Of a stretch of DNA of 34,031 nucleotides, positions 32,927-34,031 are shown one piece after another. Numbering within the stretch: position 1 is the stretch's first letter; the number at the start of each line of letters is the position of its first letter. The DNA comes from Acidobacteriota bacterium. Its GTDB lineage: Bacteria > Acidobacteriota > Terriglobia > Bryobacterales > Bryobacteraceae. The stretch lies in assembly GCA_031412835.1 (NCBI GenBank), contig JANODS010000449.1:1-34031 (forward strand), written 5' to 3'. The notes under the pieces were generated by a model. The model was not told the origin of the DNA and did not search any database. It worked only from the letters and a program-made list of their open reading frames with translations. The translations under genes and the position numbers were made by a program.

Positions 32927-34031
32927 ATGACTGCAATGTTTTGGCCCGTCGTGATTTTCATGGCGATTTCGCTGGCGATTGGGTTGTATACGTACACCCA
33001 GGTTCGTGGCTCCAGCAAGAATTACACCGTTTGCAACAAGGCGATGCCGTTTATCGTGATCGGCACGGCGTTGATGGCGCAAGCCGTGGACGGCAATGCG
33101 ACGCTGGGCAACGTATCGATGACTTGGTCGACGGGATTTTGGACCGGGGCGATGATTCCCCTTGGCTTGGCGGCGAGTTTGTTCTTCGTCGGCCGATTTT
33201 TGGCGGCACCGCTGAACAAAATGGACCTGCTAACGCTGCCCGAGTTCTTTTACAGGCGGTATGATCGCCAGACAGAGGCGCTGACCTCGGCGTTGACCAT
33301 CGTTTGTTTCACCGTGGTAATTGCAGGAAACCTGTCGGCGGTCGCTTGGATATTCTCGGTGGTTAGCGGCTTGAGCTACGGCACGTCGCTGATCATCACG
33401 ACGACTCTGATCGTGGTTTACACAATGGCCGGTGGGCTGTTTGCCGCCATTTGGACCGATTTCTTTCAGATTCACGTAGCGCTCGTGGGCTTCGTCGGTT
33501 CGGCTGCGTTCGTGATTTGGAAGTTCGGGCTCGGCGAGTTGCTGGCGAAGGTGCCGGTGGAGAAGCTAGACTTCCGCGGCATCACGTCGGTCGAGCACGG
33601 TGCGCTCGTGAACTGGGCGGCGATGATCTCGCTGGCTTTTGGCAACGCCATGGCGCTGGACTTCATGGAACGCGTGTTTGCGGCCAACAGTCCGCGGACG
33701 GCGCAGCGGGCCTGTTACTACGCTGGTTTTCAAACGATTCTGATTGGAATGTCGGCGTCTTTGCTGGGGCTGGCGGCAGTATCGCTGGTGCCGACGATTG
33801 GCGATCCGCGGATGGTGCTGCCGACGATGGCCGCCGAACATTTGCCGTATTGGTTGGGGGTGCTCGTGTTCGTTGGAGTGCTGGGCGCGTCGATGTCGAC
33901 GGCGAACGGGGCGATGCTGGTGATCTCGGTGGTGCTGGCGCGGAACGTCTATCAGCGGTGGTCGAAGACGGCGGTGAACGACTCGTTAATGTTGCTCCTC
34001 TCTCGCGTGTTAGCGATTCCGACGGCGGCGG
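32927..34031 (+). CDS. Sodium:solute symporter family (SSS) transporter; the 3' end lies outside the window and it is not in the ORF track
   Basis: Hand translation from ATG 32927 gives MTAMFWPVVIFMAISLAIGLYTY...TLPEFFYRRYD...YTMAGGLFAAIWTDFFQ...GVLGASMSTANGAMLV. The frame stays open to the window end. The TM-rich pattern is typical of SSS. Confidence 0.8.
   Translation, partial: MTAMFWPVVIFMAISLAIGLYTYTQVRGSSKNYTVCNKAMPFIVIGTALMAQAVDGNATLGNVSMTWSTGFWTGAMIPLGLAASLFFVGRFLAAPLNKMDLLTLPEFFYRRYDRQTEALTSALTIVCFTVVIAGNLSAVAWIFSVVSGLSYGTSLIITTTLIVVYTMAGGLFAAIWTDFFQIHVALVGFVGSAAFVIWKFGLGELLAKVPVEKLDFRGITSVEHGALVNWAAMISLAFGNAMALDFMERVFAANSPRTAQRACYYAGFQTILIGMSASLLGLAAVSLVPTIGDPRMVLPTMAAEHLPYWLGVLVFVGVLGASMSTANGAMLVISVVLARNVYQRWSKTAVNDSLMLLLSRVLAIPTAA

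Overview
This is a high-GC bacterial chromosomal segment, about 58-75% GC in hand-counted 60-nt lines of the flanks. Its gene content points to Acidobacteriota of the Solibacter/Bryobacter type. The evidence is a PadR regulator fused to a duplicated orphan FtsX/MacB-type (ADOP-like) permease, a large secreted protein ending in a Solibacter-type C-terminal domain, and several signal-peptide enzymes. I call about 30 coding regions. Nt 1-12.5 kb holds the fabF 3' end coupled to etfBA, a double DUF1080 protein, a 1039-aa secreted metzincin with three C-terminal repeat modules, miaE, PadR plus permease, a serine hydrolase and a Tat-sulfatase. Nt 12.5-16 kb holds four hypothetical genes in lower-GC DNA. 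Nt 16-20.4 kb holds a PQQ-type sugar dehydrogenase and a 1013-aa beta-propeller protein. Nt 20.6-31 kb holds a complete but non-canonical Tad/Flp pilus locus, all on the minus strand. Nt 31-34 kb holds an array of decayed copies of the 3' end of an MFS gene, the MFS gene itself, and an open-ended sodium:solute symporter gene that the ORF track misses. The most interesting region is the Tad locus. Most of it sits in a roughly 50% GC block. It lacks recognisable TadD and full-length TadE/F/G. A LuxR-type regulator with a degenerate receiver lies at its head. A 564-aa polytopic GT-C-like membrane protein is translationally coupled (overlapping stop and start codons) to a 69-aa Flp/TadE-class prepilin-like ORF and then to the prepilin peptidase. 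The locus ends with an untracked 30-aa single-TM ORF carrying the strongest Shine-Dalgarno I noted in the window. No tRNA, rRNA, CRISPR array, transposase or integrase was seen. All homology statements are motif recognition by eye and no searches were run.
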